From Piromyces finnis finn (taxonomy: Eukaryota; Fungi; Neocallimastigomycota): DNA of 64,000 nt. Shown here one piece after another: positions 43,901 through 57,063 of this stretch (the stretch's first letter is position 1; the number at the start of each line of letters is the position of its first letter). The stretch covers positions 248,001 through 312,000 of the forward strand of contig MCFH01000051.1 in assembly GCA_002104945.1 (NCBI GenBank), given 5' to 3'. A program made the translations under genes and the position numbers. The notes beneath the pieces are model-generated. The model was not told where the DNA came from. It made no database searches and saw only the letters and a program-made list of their open reading frames with translations.

Positions 43901-46900
43901 ATAATATATCACATTATGTCTTATCATTTGACTTTATTATAATAGATTAAAAAAACATAATAATTTAAAGTTCTTTATTATTTTTGTTAAAATTGGTATG
44001 TTTCTATGGTAAAAGTAACAAAGTCTAATTAAAATAGGTTGGTGAAAGTTTACACCTTTTTTTTAAATACTATTCAAAAATAATATAAAATAATATTCAA
44101 GATTTTAATTAAAATAATTGCTATATTTATATAAAATTTTAATTAAAATCTTTTTGATTGTAATCTTATTGGTCAATAGAATATATATTAAATGATATAA
44201 CGTTAAGTTTCAAAAGTGAAGATTTAAAACACTTGCTGAATACCTTTTATAATTTTTTATTTTGAATTTATAGCATTTTATATTTTTATAAAATGATGAT
44301 TTATCAATATAAAATAGAAAAAGCAAAAAGCTTTTCATCACAAAATATAAGCATTAACAATTTATACCTTTTCAATTTTTTTTATAATGAAACTCTTTAA
44401 ATAATTTACACTATAAAAATTTATATTTCAATATATTATTTTTCACATTATCATATATTATCATTCTCTTTGAATTTTTTTTGTTTGTTTCGAGTTAAAT
44501 AGTTTATCCATAAAATTTTCACCAAAATATTAATTATTGATCAATAACGATGAAAAAAAATCAACTGTAATATATTATAATATATAGTATTATATATTGA
44601 AATATTATTTTTTTCAGTTTAAGAATATAGTTATTTAATTTATCCATAAAATAGTGGATGCTTATTGGTCAATATTAGCCAATAAATAAGTATTATTTTT
44701 AATAATATATTAAGACAATTTTTAATCTTTATTTTATTGGCCGAATAAAATTTTAAATATTTTTTATAAAATTATAATTTAAAAAAAAAGTTTAATTTTC
44801 ATTTAAAAAAGGTTAAATAAAGGCTATTCAATAATAAAAAGTATTCCTATTATGAAGTGGGTAGTTTAAATGAAATAATACTTTTTTTTCTTTTAGAGAT
44901 TCTATATTAAATCATAATGAATAGTAAATTTTAAGAAATATTAATTAGTAATATTTAGTTGATAATAAATATTAAATATAGATATACAATATTCTTTACT
45001 TGACTAATATTTTTAAATTTATTATTCATTAAAGTTGTGTCAATTCTATTTTAATACATACTATAAAAGGAAATTTTAATTTTTATTTAAAAAATAATTA
45101 ATTTTTGTTTATAATTAATGTAATTGTAACTAATAGATTTTATGTACATTTATGTACATTATTTAATATATCATCAGTTTAAAATTAAAACTAATTGAAA
45201 CGGCGGTAAACTATGTGGTAATATTGCAAAGGGTACAATTGATGAATGAAAAAATAAAAAAAAAAAAACATTTTTTATTTATAAGGATGCTTCAAAACAC
45301 ATATAGAAATGCTTTCTATAATAAATAATTCTATTTATTTTTACTAAAAAAAATGGTATTCAACTCTATTAAAATACTACTAAAATATATAAATATCTTC
45401 ACATGATTATATATTTATACTTTTATTATAAATACTATAATTATTATCTTTTGATATATATAAATCATAAATAATTAAAACTATGATGTTAATAAAAAAA
45501 AAATCTATAAAATACTATAATGTGCAAATGAAAATGATAATTGTTATTATTAAAATATCAGTCATGCGATGATCCTGTCAAGTATTTATATCTTTTATAA
45601 AAATTATACTGATAATAAAATAGTGTTGATTATCATAAAATTTATTTATCAAAAATTTAACCATCCATGATGATGATGAGTATAAAATATTATATCTAAT
45701 TCATTTTATCCACTTTTCACCTCATTATCAATATATGTAATTTATGCATTAAATAATTAATTTATAAAATAATGTTGATACACATGTGTTTATCTATTAT
45801 ATTGCACGTGATATATTTCATATCATAAAAATATAAAGATAAGGAAATTATAAAATTAAAAAAGATTAAAAAATTGATAATTAAAATTACTTTAAAAAAA
45901 AAATTAATATTGATAAACAAGGAAATTTTGGGAAAATAAAAAAATGTAGTTTTTATTGACAGAAAAATAATGTTTAAAAATAAAATAAATAGTAATTAGT
46001 ATAAAAGACATTCTTAACGATGGTACTATTTAACTAAGAATAACAATAATAGAATATTATTACGCTTATAATAATAAATAACACTACATTATAATTTCAA
46101 TAATTTTAAAAATTTGTTTATTCAATAATATTATGAATAGTTGAAAATACAAATTTCTGTATCTTATACAGAAATTTAATTAAACTTTATTAAATCATTT
46201 CAAAAAACTTTATATTTTTTTAAAAAAGATAGTATCATTTGTACGTAAGATATATATATTTGACTATCCCATTTTTATTTATTATTATTATTATAATATA
46301 TTTAGTATAATTATAAATACACTTTTACTATTGAATTGATAACATTCCAACGTATATACCTTACATATATTATACATAGTCCACATAGAATATATAATAC
46401 ACAATATACAAAAATATACATTAAAAAGTATATATATATAATCAAATTATATATATATAATTCATTACATATAATTCATAACAAAATTAACATTATCTTT
46501 TATCAAGTAATTACTATAATTATAGAATCTTAATGATTTGATATATAGATAATTTTATGTAATCTTTATCTATTTTATAATTTGAATATAGAAAATATAC
46601 TTTTTTTATTTTCATTTCTAATATTATATTGTATAGACCAAGGTATAATAACTTTTTGGCACTTTTCCTATAATAATTGTTTAAACGTATTATTATGTAT
46701 TTGTTATTGAGAATGACATATTAAATGTACGAAATTAAAACTTATTAAAATTATTATTATATTTACATAATATACTTGTTGATAAAACATCTTTATAATA
46801 TTTAAATAATAATTCTTTTTAAATATAACATTTTTATAATATTTAAAAGAATTATTATTTAAATATTATAAAAATGAAGGCTTATTTTTATAAGATTAAC

Positions 46901-48520
46901 AATAAAGAAAGCATAATATAAAGAAAAAAAAAATATGATTTGAAAATTATAACATAAAAACAACTTAAATTTACATATAGCCGACAATTTCATTCTAATT
47001 ACCTTCCTGATTAAAATTATACTTGTTTATTAATCATGTTTATAATTTTTTTAGTCTATTAATCATGATTTGACAAAGTTTTGTTTAGAGTTTTTTTTTT
47101 AAAAAAATTGATTTAATTTCAATAATTTATCAAATTTTATATTTAAAAAAGGTGATAACTCTATTTAAATAATTAATAATTATTATTGATATTTTTTTTA
47201 ATTAGTAGTCATTTTTCAAATGCTAAGTACTTTTCTTATCCCGTAATAATTACCATACTATAGTTTAATAAATTTTTTTTATTTTAATAATTCAGATCGT
47301 TATAATAAATTGTTTTTTTTTTTTTGCACCTATTTTTGGTAATAGAGTAATATAATGGATATAATATATATTCTGCTATATATTCTGTATATACTGAATG
47401 TTTTAAATAATTTAATGGAATATGGTATAACTTTTAATGCTAATTCCATTAAAATAAACTTTTAATTTCATAAGCGTATCTTTTTTTTAGTATATAATTA
47501 GAACATAATAGGATAATTAATCATACATTTATTACTTATTAAATCTTTAAATTTATATTCAAACATAACAACGAAGTAATAAATTAAAAATACATAAAAC
47601 GCAATAATAAAACTATTATTATCATCATATATATTCTATTTGATGCATTATTATATAATTTGTATTCAATACAATACACTACAATAGATACTAAATTTAC
47701 TATTCTAAACATGCATAGTATATATATGTTTTAAATTTAGTATTTATTTCTTTTTTTTTTTTTTTATTATTTAGATTTAATTAGTTGAGGTATAAAAATA
47801 AAGAGGTATTGTGATGGATTGGCTTATTTCTTTCTTTCTTTCTTTTTATTTAGATTTAATTAGTTGAGGTATAAAAATAAAGAGGTATAAATTGGCTATG
47901 TTTTAAATAATTAATATATATTTTCATACTTTGTCATCATAATAAAATGAATTTTATATGAAATTATATTATGTGTTACCTTAGAACTTTATTATGAAAT
48001 ATTTTAATAAAACTATAAATTCTATTTTTGAATATTTAATACATTACATCATTTAGATAAAATACATTACATTTATAATTATATTTATTTATAGTAATAT
48101 TTAATTAATATTTCAATTATAGTTCATTTATTATATTGAATCAAGATAAAGGATTAAAAACTGAAATAATAAATGTTCTTAAATATAGTATATAATTAAT
48201 ATAACTTATTAAATAACAAAAATAGTTTATGAGCTTAAATAATATGAAGAGAGAAAAGAAATAATTTAAAAAAAATATAAAAAGAGAAGAAATATGTGCT
48301 TATTTTTTAATAATATCATAAAATTAAAATATATATAAACATAAATATATTTTAATTTTATTTAAAAACAAAAAAAAAGTTCAATTATTTAATTGGTTTT
48401 TTCAATTCACAAGATATACATAAATTTTTTTATAAAATCATTTTAATTACTTTAACAAAAAGAAGCTATCATAATTTATCAAAACAACTCTTTAATTTAA
48501 TTAAATACAGTTCAGTTGCA

Positions 48521-48760
48521 ATGCGTCTTTTTTTCAAGGTAATAGTATTTTTCTGTCTTTTCTTCTATGCTCAAGCAATAATACGTCATTGTAAGAGAAA
48601 TGGATGTAGACATACTACTATAAAATCCACTACTAAAATATCATCATCTAAAACATCTACTACTATTACTAAGACCACAACTGTTACAACTGTTACAACC
48701 ACAACTGCAATAAGTGAACCAACTGTTACAAGTGAACCAACATGGGGTTTATTTGTGTAA
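48521..48760 (+). CDS. Small secreted Thr-rich protein (79 aa) or truncated secreted-protein gene
   Basis: Signal-peptide-like N-terminus, a CxxxxC motif, and a Thr/Ser linker-like tract. It is GC-richer than its flanks, and no downstream exon was found. Confidence 0.5.
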   Translation: MRLFFKVIVFFCLFFYAQAIIRHCKRNGCRHTTIKSTTKISSSKTSTTITKTTTVTTVTTTTAISEPTVTSEPTWGLFV

Positions 48761-49994
48761 AACCATTCATTTTAAATAAAAATTTTATATTTAAAAAAAA
48801 TTAAAGTAAAAATTAAATGTATTTATATAATAAAAAAAAAAGTTATTTTTAACACTCACTTTTTAAAATAAAAAAATAAAAATATATATAATTAAAAATT
48901 AAATGATTAAAAAAATATTCAATAATCTTTGTAATAAATTATAATGAATTTGAAAAAAAGTTTTTTTTTTTTTTTTCATAAGATTTATAAAAATAAAAAG
49001 CATAGTTTTGTTGAAATTAATGAAAATAGAGCAAAAATTTTAGTTGTTGATGGAATATTCTAAAATTCTTTTAAAAAGACAAATTATTATAATGATGAAT
49101 GAATTTAAATTTTAAATAAAAATAATACTTTTATTTTAGTTTATAATTTACTATTAATATTTTAGTATATAGCAAAGAATTTATTTTGATATATTAATTG
49201 GTAATATTAACTCAGTTGCCATACTATCTTTTTTTTTTATTAATATTAATGTTCATGTTAGCTATTTTATGTTTTTTACCTGTAGAACATCTTTATCTTA
49301 ACAATAAAGTGATGTGATATTATTATTTTTAATTTGTAGTTTTTTTTTTCTATTATTATTGTCAAAAAAATAATATAGATAATATTTTTTTCATCATTCA
49401 TTCACTTCATAATATTCTTTTTTTTTTAAAAAAATCCATTTATAACAAGTATGCTTTTGAACTGGATTCTATAATATATATATTTTCCTTTTTTTTTTTA
49501 ATTACTTTTTCTTTTTTAACCCTTATTTTATTAATTAAAATTTAAATGAACTATAAATTTTATATTTACCCATATCTAATATTATAAACTTTAAAATGTA
49601 TTTAAAAAAATCAATTATATAAATGGATGATTAATTTTTAAATCCAACCAATAAAATGTTTTCAATATTAATTAAGATTTCTTTTCCAATAGATCCTTTT
49701 ACCAAATAAATAAAACACGAATGTATATATAATTAATAATTAATTTAACTAATGAATAATAAATAATATTTTAAAAACTATTTTTATTTTATTTTTATTT
49801 TTAATACTTTTGTAAAAAAAATAATTTTTATAATAGTTTTTATTTTTATTTCTTTTAGTTGGATATATATATATAAATGAACGAATAGTAGTATTATTGT
49901 ATTTATGAAATACAATTTTTTTTAAAATTTTTTATAATTTTTCTTAATATTATGATTAGGATTATTCCTTTTTTTTTTTTTTTTTTTTTTTTGT

Positions 49995-50687
49995 TTACTT
50001 ATAACCATAAAATACGGCAAAAACAAGATATTTATAAAGTAAATCACAGGTAGAAAACCCGGCTTCTTTAAGTAATTCTATTTGATGTGGAACTGTAGTG
50101 CATTTGTCAAGTTTTGATCTTTCTTTAACCATATTAATAGCTTCTTCTTCAATACCACTTTCCTTCATTTTATTATACCATATTTTTACATTCATAGCTT
50201 CTAATTCTGGAATTGGACTAATGATTTGATCACAATTAATGAAAAGACCTCCTTCTTTTAACCATTGATAACATTTTGTGTATACACTTTTCTTTTCATC
50301 ATTTGTAAGATGATGGATAGCTAATCCAGAAATAATATAATCAAATTGGCCTTCAAAAGATTTGGAAATGGATTCATCAACATTAGCCATATCTTGACAT
50401 AAATAAGTAATATTATCATTACCCTTAAATCTTTCTTTTGACATATCTAACATTTTTTCTGTAACATCTAATAATGTAATTTTTGCTTGTGGAAACTTTG
50501 AAAGAACAATATTTGAAAAAAGACCAGTACCAGCACCAATATCAAGAATACGTGGTGATGGATTATCAGTTTTCATAAGACTTAATGGTAAATAATAAAA
50601 GTCAAAGAAACAAGGAATAATTTTTGTTCTTTGTTCATCATATTTTGTGGAAATTTTTCCAAATTGTTCTTGAATGTCGTTAGTCAT
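49995..50687 (-). CDS. Class I SAM-dependent methyltransferase, intronless, bacterial-like
   Basis: Motif I ILDIGAGTG, motif II TLLDVT, and FDYIISGLAIHHL...LKEGGLFINCDQ. Confidence 0.88.
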   Translation of the reverse strand: MTNDIQEQFGKISTKYDEQRTKIIPCFFDFYYLPLSLMKTDNPSPRILDIGAGTGLFSNIVLSKFPQAKITLLDVTEKMLDMSKERFKGNDNITYLCQDMANVDESISKSFEGQFDYIISGLAIHHLTNDEKKSVYTKCYQWLKEGGLFINCDQIISPIPELEAMNVKIWYNKMKESGIEEEAINMVKERSKLDKCTTVPHQIELLKEAGFSTCDLLYKYLVFAVFYGYK

Positions 50688-51669
50688 TTTTTTTTTTTTT
50701 ATTATTATTCTTTGTAAGTATTGATTATTTAAACAATTCTGGTGGATAGTACATAATATATTGAAGGAAGTAAAGAAAAAAAAAATTAAAATAAAAAAAA
50801 TAAAAGAAATAATTTAATACGAAATTACATTCAATAATAAATTTTATATAATTGAAATCTCTTTCTTTATATATATATATATTATGTATTATATTTCTTG
50901 TATAATATATACCTTTTGTCAAAAAGTAAGATGTACAACTATTTATTTTATTTTTGTTATTAATACTAATGATTAAAAAAAAAAAATTTATTGATATTTT
51001 TTTTTCCTTTTTATAAAAAAAAAAAAAAAAAAAAAAATCAAATTTTTCCTATTAAAGAATTAAAATTAATATATAATTTACACACTATTATAATTAAATA
51101 ATTTGATTTTAATTTTTTAACTTTTTTGTGGTTAAGGAAAGTAAAAAAGAAAATTAAGCCTTAAACATTTAATAATAAAATAACGCCTCTTTTTTTTTTA
51201 TAAAAAAAATAATATTAAAAGCCATTAATCATCAATAATTTTAAAAAAAAGGTAAAAAGAATAATAAATAGAAAATATGAAGCATATAGTTTACTGATAT
51301 GAAATTAAAACTACACAAAGCTTTTTGATTATTTATAATAATGATATTTTTATTATATATATTCATATGTAATAGATAATATTTTACAGAAAAAAAAAAT
51401 TATAAAAAATTTTACGTCAGAATAAAACTATTGAACTTTATTATGTATATAACATAATACCATAATTAAAAAATAAAATAATATAAATTGAAAAAAAAAA
51501 ATAATAATTACTTAAACAATTAATTTTATAAATAACGATATTATCATAATTTTAATTCATTATTGATTTCCATTTAATTCATTCCTTTAACAAAGAAAAA
51601 TTTTTTTTTCAAAATAAAAGTTTCTTTTTTCTTTTATTTTGAAAAAAAATAGATTTAATAAAATGAAGC

Positions 51670-53382
51670 TTATAATCTACTTCTTAATAATTCAGTGAAA
51701 GCACGATAGAATGTAGTTTTACCATTAACAGCTTCTAAAGTAATTGGAATATTGGCTCCAATGAAGAAAATAGAACCTTTACAAGCATCATAAATTTTGT
51801 CCTTGAAAATAATACGGCCATCACCTTCAGTAACAATAACAATACTTGGACCTCTAATACCTCTGAAAGATTCAGATCTTTTATGAGTTGGAGATAAAGT
51901 AGTACGTAAAATAGAAAATTCTTCAATTGGTGGATTATATAAAACAGTAGTAGATGATCTTAAATATGGTTCACCAGTAATAATTTGATTTTCTGCTGAT
52001 TTGGTAGTGTAGGTTAACATGTTAACTAAAGTATTGACATCCTTGAATTTTGGTGTTAAACCAGCACGTACAACATTATCACTTGTAGCCATACATTCAA
52101 TACAATCTTAACATAAAAAAATAAAATATATTAATATTTAATGAATATATTAAAAATAAGGATTATCAATTATTATTAAGCTTTTATTAATAACGTTTAA
52201 ACTATATAACTATTTAATTTTTTTTTTTTTTTTTAAATCATAAAATATAATAAAATACAAAAAAAAAAAAAAAAATACCTCCAGAAATATAAGCATGTGG
52301 TTCATCAGCAGCTAAATATAAACCTTCTCCTGGTTTTAAGAAAACATAGTTTAATAAAATAATTGAGAAAACACCAACATCTGATGGATATTGAGCTTCA
52401 ATTCTTTTTATAACTTCATTTAATGATCCTTTAGCTGGGAATGGATCTTCACGTGATATACGTCTAACTAAACTAGATACTTGTTTCTTAACAATTTCTT
52501 GATCTTGTTCCATTAAAGATTTGTAGAGCTTCTTTAATGCTTTTCTACTTCTTTCAAGATACTTATAGTTGGTAGAAGTACCATTACTAATAACAGCCAT
52601 AAATTCATCAACAATATCCTTACCAATAGCATCAATGATTTCAGGATAATCTTCTATGTTATTTTTTATTTCTTGAAGTGGTCTAAAACCACAAAGACCT
52701 TCAAATGGGGTTAAAGCAATAGCCATTTCAGGTTTATGGTTACTATCTTTTTAAAATGATTGATTTTTAGTATTTTTAATAAAAAAAAATTAGCTTTCCT
52801 TGGAATATAAGGTAATAGAATTTACATTTATTATTACTTTTATTTTTTGAGTATTATATAATACCTTTGTAAATATCTGGATATTTTTGATATAATTGTT
52901 CAGCTAATTTTTTATCTGGGTGAGCTTGGATAGATAAGGCTTTTTGAATGGAAAGAACCTTAAATAAAAAAGGTAAATCACCATTATATTTTCTAGCAAT
53001 TCCTGGAGTAAGTAAATCTGGGTTGGCAACAACAATGTCTTTTAAATTTTCACCAGTACCCATTTTTAAAGAGGGAGCATTTGGATGAGTACCCATCCAT
53101 AACTAATATTAAAATATAATATAATGGGAAATAAATTAACTTTCTTATTATTTTGACTTTAAAAATTTTATTATCATGTAACTCGAATATAAAAATTTTG
53201 TGTTGAGAAAATTAAAATATATATATATATATATTATATACCTCAGCATAATTCTTTTTCTTATCAATAGAAATTTCACTGTAAGCATTAGAAACTAATT
53301 CTGCAACCTTACTCTTTGAACCGATTTTACCCCAAGCGTAATTTTGGGCTTTTGGTAAAAGTTGAAAAATTTTATCAGACAT
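51670..53382 (-). CDS. MPI: Mannose-6-phosphate isomerase (type I PMI), 4 exons
   Basis: QNYAWGK, YAE|[41 protein letters not shown]|[20 protein letters not shown]. Confidence 0.96.
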
Positions 53383-54702
53383 CTATAATTATTTTCTTTT
53401 CTTTTTTTTTTTTTTATAATAGAATATTACACAATAAAGTATAATAATATTTATATAATATAGTAATGTTTTTAATAAAATGAAAATACTAATATTTTAT
53501 AAAATATGCATATATATATTTAAATATAATATTTTAACATTCTTTCAAATTTATTATTTATTACAATTTCATCATTTTACTGAACAAATTAATATATATT
53601 TATGAATCAATTAAACTATTTTTTTTTTTTTGTTGTTGTTTTAAAAAAAATAAATAAATAATATAAAAATATAAAGATTTTTTTAAAAAAAGAATAGCTT
53701 TAATAAATAATAAAAAAAAAAGGCAATTCAATTTATTCTAATAAAATTGGTTTGCATTTCCAAAACAATAAAACATTTGTTGTTATATAAATTCATTTTA
53801 TATGTTATTTTAATTATAATTATAATTGTGCTTCAATCTTAAGTAAATCATATTTCATTAATTATAATATATATATTATATTATTTTAATAAATAAAAAT
53901 TAATCTTACCTATAAATCTATTAATTACTATTTCTTAAAAAAAAAATAAAAAAAAAAAATTAATATACAATTAATATATTATATATATTTGAATTATATT
54001 TTTATCTATTATCATAAAAAAAAATTTTTTTTTTTCAAGCCATATTCATATAATAGTTTAACTAATATATTGATAAATAAAAAATAAAATAATTGATTAA
54101 GAAATTTTAATTTATTTATTAAGATTATCTAATGTTTAAAAAAAACAGAAAATATATTAATTATTTTATTTATATTTTTATGATTTATGTTTTTTTAAAA
54201 AAAAAACTTATAGATAAAGTTTGCTTTTTACCAAATATTTTCCTGTTTTAATGAAAAATAAATAAATTTTTATTTATTGATAAATACTTTTAAATAAAAA
54301 ATAAAAATATTTAATGATTTTTCATTGGTTGTAATGGAAAAAAGGAAAATATGATGTATAAAATAATTTAATAAAAAAAATATTTTTATTCCATTAAATG
54401 TAAAATGTAAAATATCTTTGAAAGTATAATAAAAACTCTATAATTTTTATCATTTAATATATTTTTTTAATTATTTCATTTATTTATTTATTTGTTTTAT
54501 TTATTTTATTTGTTTTATTTTTTTATTTATTTTATCTTATCAATTTATTTTATTTATTTGTTCTATTTATTTACCTTATTTATTTTATTTTATATTTACT
54601 AGTCTATACATATACATAATTATATATATATGCTTATATCATTAAGTAAGTTTTTTAGTGTTTTATATATAACATAATTTTGATTATTAACTTTTAATGA
54701 TT

Positions 54703-55938
54703 TTAATTGCTATAAATTAAGCATGTGGTTGATCCACTACTGTTATAATAATCATTAAGAAGGTGTTGTAAGTTACTTCTGTTAGATGATCCTGGGTCGT
54801 GAATTAAAAAGTCAGAGTACTTTAAGTTGTTTGGATCCCCATTGAAACCATAAACAACAACCCAGTGTTGATTACCAGGTTTAGAACTACCAAATGGTAC
54901 AACATATCCTTTTTTCAAAGAATTGTAAACAGTACTTAAAGATGGATTTGAGTATTTAGTAAAACCTAATCTACTATAGGTAGCACCATCTACATCACCC
55001 TCGTTAACAAATGTAATTTTTTTATTATTACACATAGTTTGAGGGGTTTCAGATTTACCATTAATTTGATTATAGGCTTCAGTTAAAGAACAAATTAAAC
55101 AGCCCCAATTACAGATAGTACATCCACTACAATTGTCATAATAAAAGCTTCCCCATTTACTATCACATTGAGCAATACGAGTGGAATTAATTGTAATACT
55201 ACCACTACTACCACCACTACTACTACCACTAGAAGTAGATGGAAGACATAATTTAACGTTTGAACTTCCTGGACAAGCATTACTAACAGTTTTTCCACTA
55301 CAGTCATTAATATTCAAGCATGTACCTTTAACGGATTTACCATTATCATAAACATTAACATCTTTAACACAACACCAAACATTTGGATCACTATCATATG
55401 GACATGAATAACTACTACCATTGTATTCATATGCATTTGCACTTCCACTTTGGCCAGAATTCATTACACATTGTGATTTACTAACACATACACCCTTTTT
55501 AGTTCCAACCCTACATGCACGTTCACTAGCTTTAGGATAGGTAGTTGGAGTAGTAGTAGAGCTTTTATAACCAGAAATACATAATTTAACCTTATTACTT
55601 CCTGGACATTCAGCAGTGTCAACAGTTTTCTTACTACCTGTACATTCACTTGTGTTTAAACATCTACCATCAAGTACTTCTTTTCCATTTTTAAGAGTAG
55701 ATACAGTTTTAATACAACACCAAACATCAGCATCTGGATCGTTTGGACATGAATACTTGCTACCATTAAATTCATAAGGCTTTGCACTTCCTTTTTGACC
55801 AGAATACATCACACATTGTGATTTTTTAAGGCATACACCTTTTTGAGTACCTACAGTACATGTATATTCACTAGCAGCACCATAACAGCCAGAAATAGCA
55901 GCAAGTAATGGTAAAAATGATTTAGAATTAAAACGCAT
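54703..55938 (-). CDS. Secreted protein with two 10-Cys modules and a C-terminal peptidase C39-like (papain-fold) domain
   Basis: Signal peptide; two ~95-aa repeats; Gly/Ser linker; then AQCDSKW, GCLICS (Cys), HWVVVYG (His) and IHDPG (Asp). Intronless. Confidence 0.8.
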   Translation of the reverse strand: MRFNSKSFLPLLAAISGCYGAASEYTCTVGTQKGVCLKKSQCVMYSGQKGSAKPYEFNGSKYSCPNDPDADVWCCIKTVSTLKNGKEVLDGRCLNTSECTGSKKTVDTAECPGSNKVKLCISGYKSSTTTPTTYPKASERACRVGTKKGVCVSKSQCVMNSGQSGSANAYEYNGSSYSCPYDSDPNVWCCVKDVNVYDNGKSVKGTCLNINDCSGKTVSNACPGSSNVKLCLPSTSSGSSSGGSSGSITINSTRIAQCDSKWGSFYYDNCSGCTICNWGCLICSLTEAYNQINGKSETPQTMCNNKKITFVNEGDVDGATYSRLGFTKYSNPSLSTVYNSLKKGYVVPFGSSKPGNQHWVVVYGFNGDPNNLKYSDFLIHDPGSSNRSNLQHLLNDYYNSSGSTTCLIYSN

Positions 55939-56957
55939 TTTTTATTAAATAATTAAGCTATAATTATTTTTTATAATTAAAAAAAAAAAAAACAAGATTT
56001 TCTTTACCTATTTATAATAAAAATTTAAATGGTTTATTTTTACTTTATTTTTACTTGACATTTTCATATCTAATATTGTAATGAAGTTTATTTTATATAA
56101 AAAAAAAACAATTATCTTTAAATTAAAATCTCAAAAAAATTTCTATATATGAATAACCAATCACAATAATAATATAATGAAAAATCTTTTAATATTTATT
56201 TAATCAATAATATTATAATTATTATTACAATATTAATTGGAGAAAATTGATATAAAATAATAATAAAATAGAAATTAAGTATAAATATTAAATAATAAGA
56301 ATTAAGTAATGTAATAATGGATCATAATATAAAAACAAATTATATTTAATGAAATGGATTTTTCATAATGAATGGAAATATAGAAAACACTAGAAATAAA
56401 TAATAATTAAGTTTAATGTTTTATTATGCATAAAATTTTATAGCTATTTATTTGTAACAGAAAAATCGTTAACTCTTAATTCCATAAAACATATTTCTAT
56501 TATCTATATTATAAAAGTTCTATGGCTTTTAAATAGTATAAACAATAGAAAAATAATTCAATTAAACGGGGAGCTCATTAGTTCATAAAAAAAAAAATCA
56601 ATACTTTTTAAAAATGTATATAAATATAAATTATAATTAAACCTTAACAAAATTAAAGTTTAGTAAATAATATAAATTTAAAAAAAAATATATATATATA
56701 TAATTATTAACAATAAAGATATTATTTAAAGTATATTAAATTGATAAAAAGTATAATTATTAACAAATATATTAAAATTATATTCTTTTTTTTTTTTAAT
56801 ACTAGCAATATTGATATTAATAATTAATTTATTAAATAAAATATTAATTTAAAACAAAACAATAACAAAAAAAAAATTAATATTATAATATTATTGATAT
56901 TAATAATTCTTAAAATAGTTTTTAATGTTATTTTTGAAAGACAATTCACTTCTTGTT

Positions 56958-56972
56958 TTATTATTATTATTA

Positions 56973-57030
<58 letters not shown>
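56958..57030. repeat. (TTA)n microsatellite abutting the poly(A) tail of LINE copy 2
   Basis: Directly visible; explains the spurious poly-Ile ORF at 56894-57130. Confidence 0.93.
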
Positions 57031-57031
57031 G

Positions 57032-57063
<32 letters not shown>

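Noticed and set aside
45560-45615. Possible C/D-box snoRNA (GATGA...CTGA)
   Set aside because: Imperfect C box, no terminal stem, no recognisable rRNA guide, and such motifs are expected by chance.
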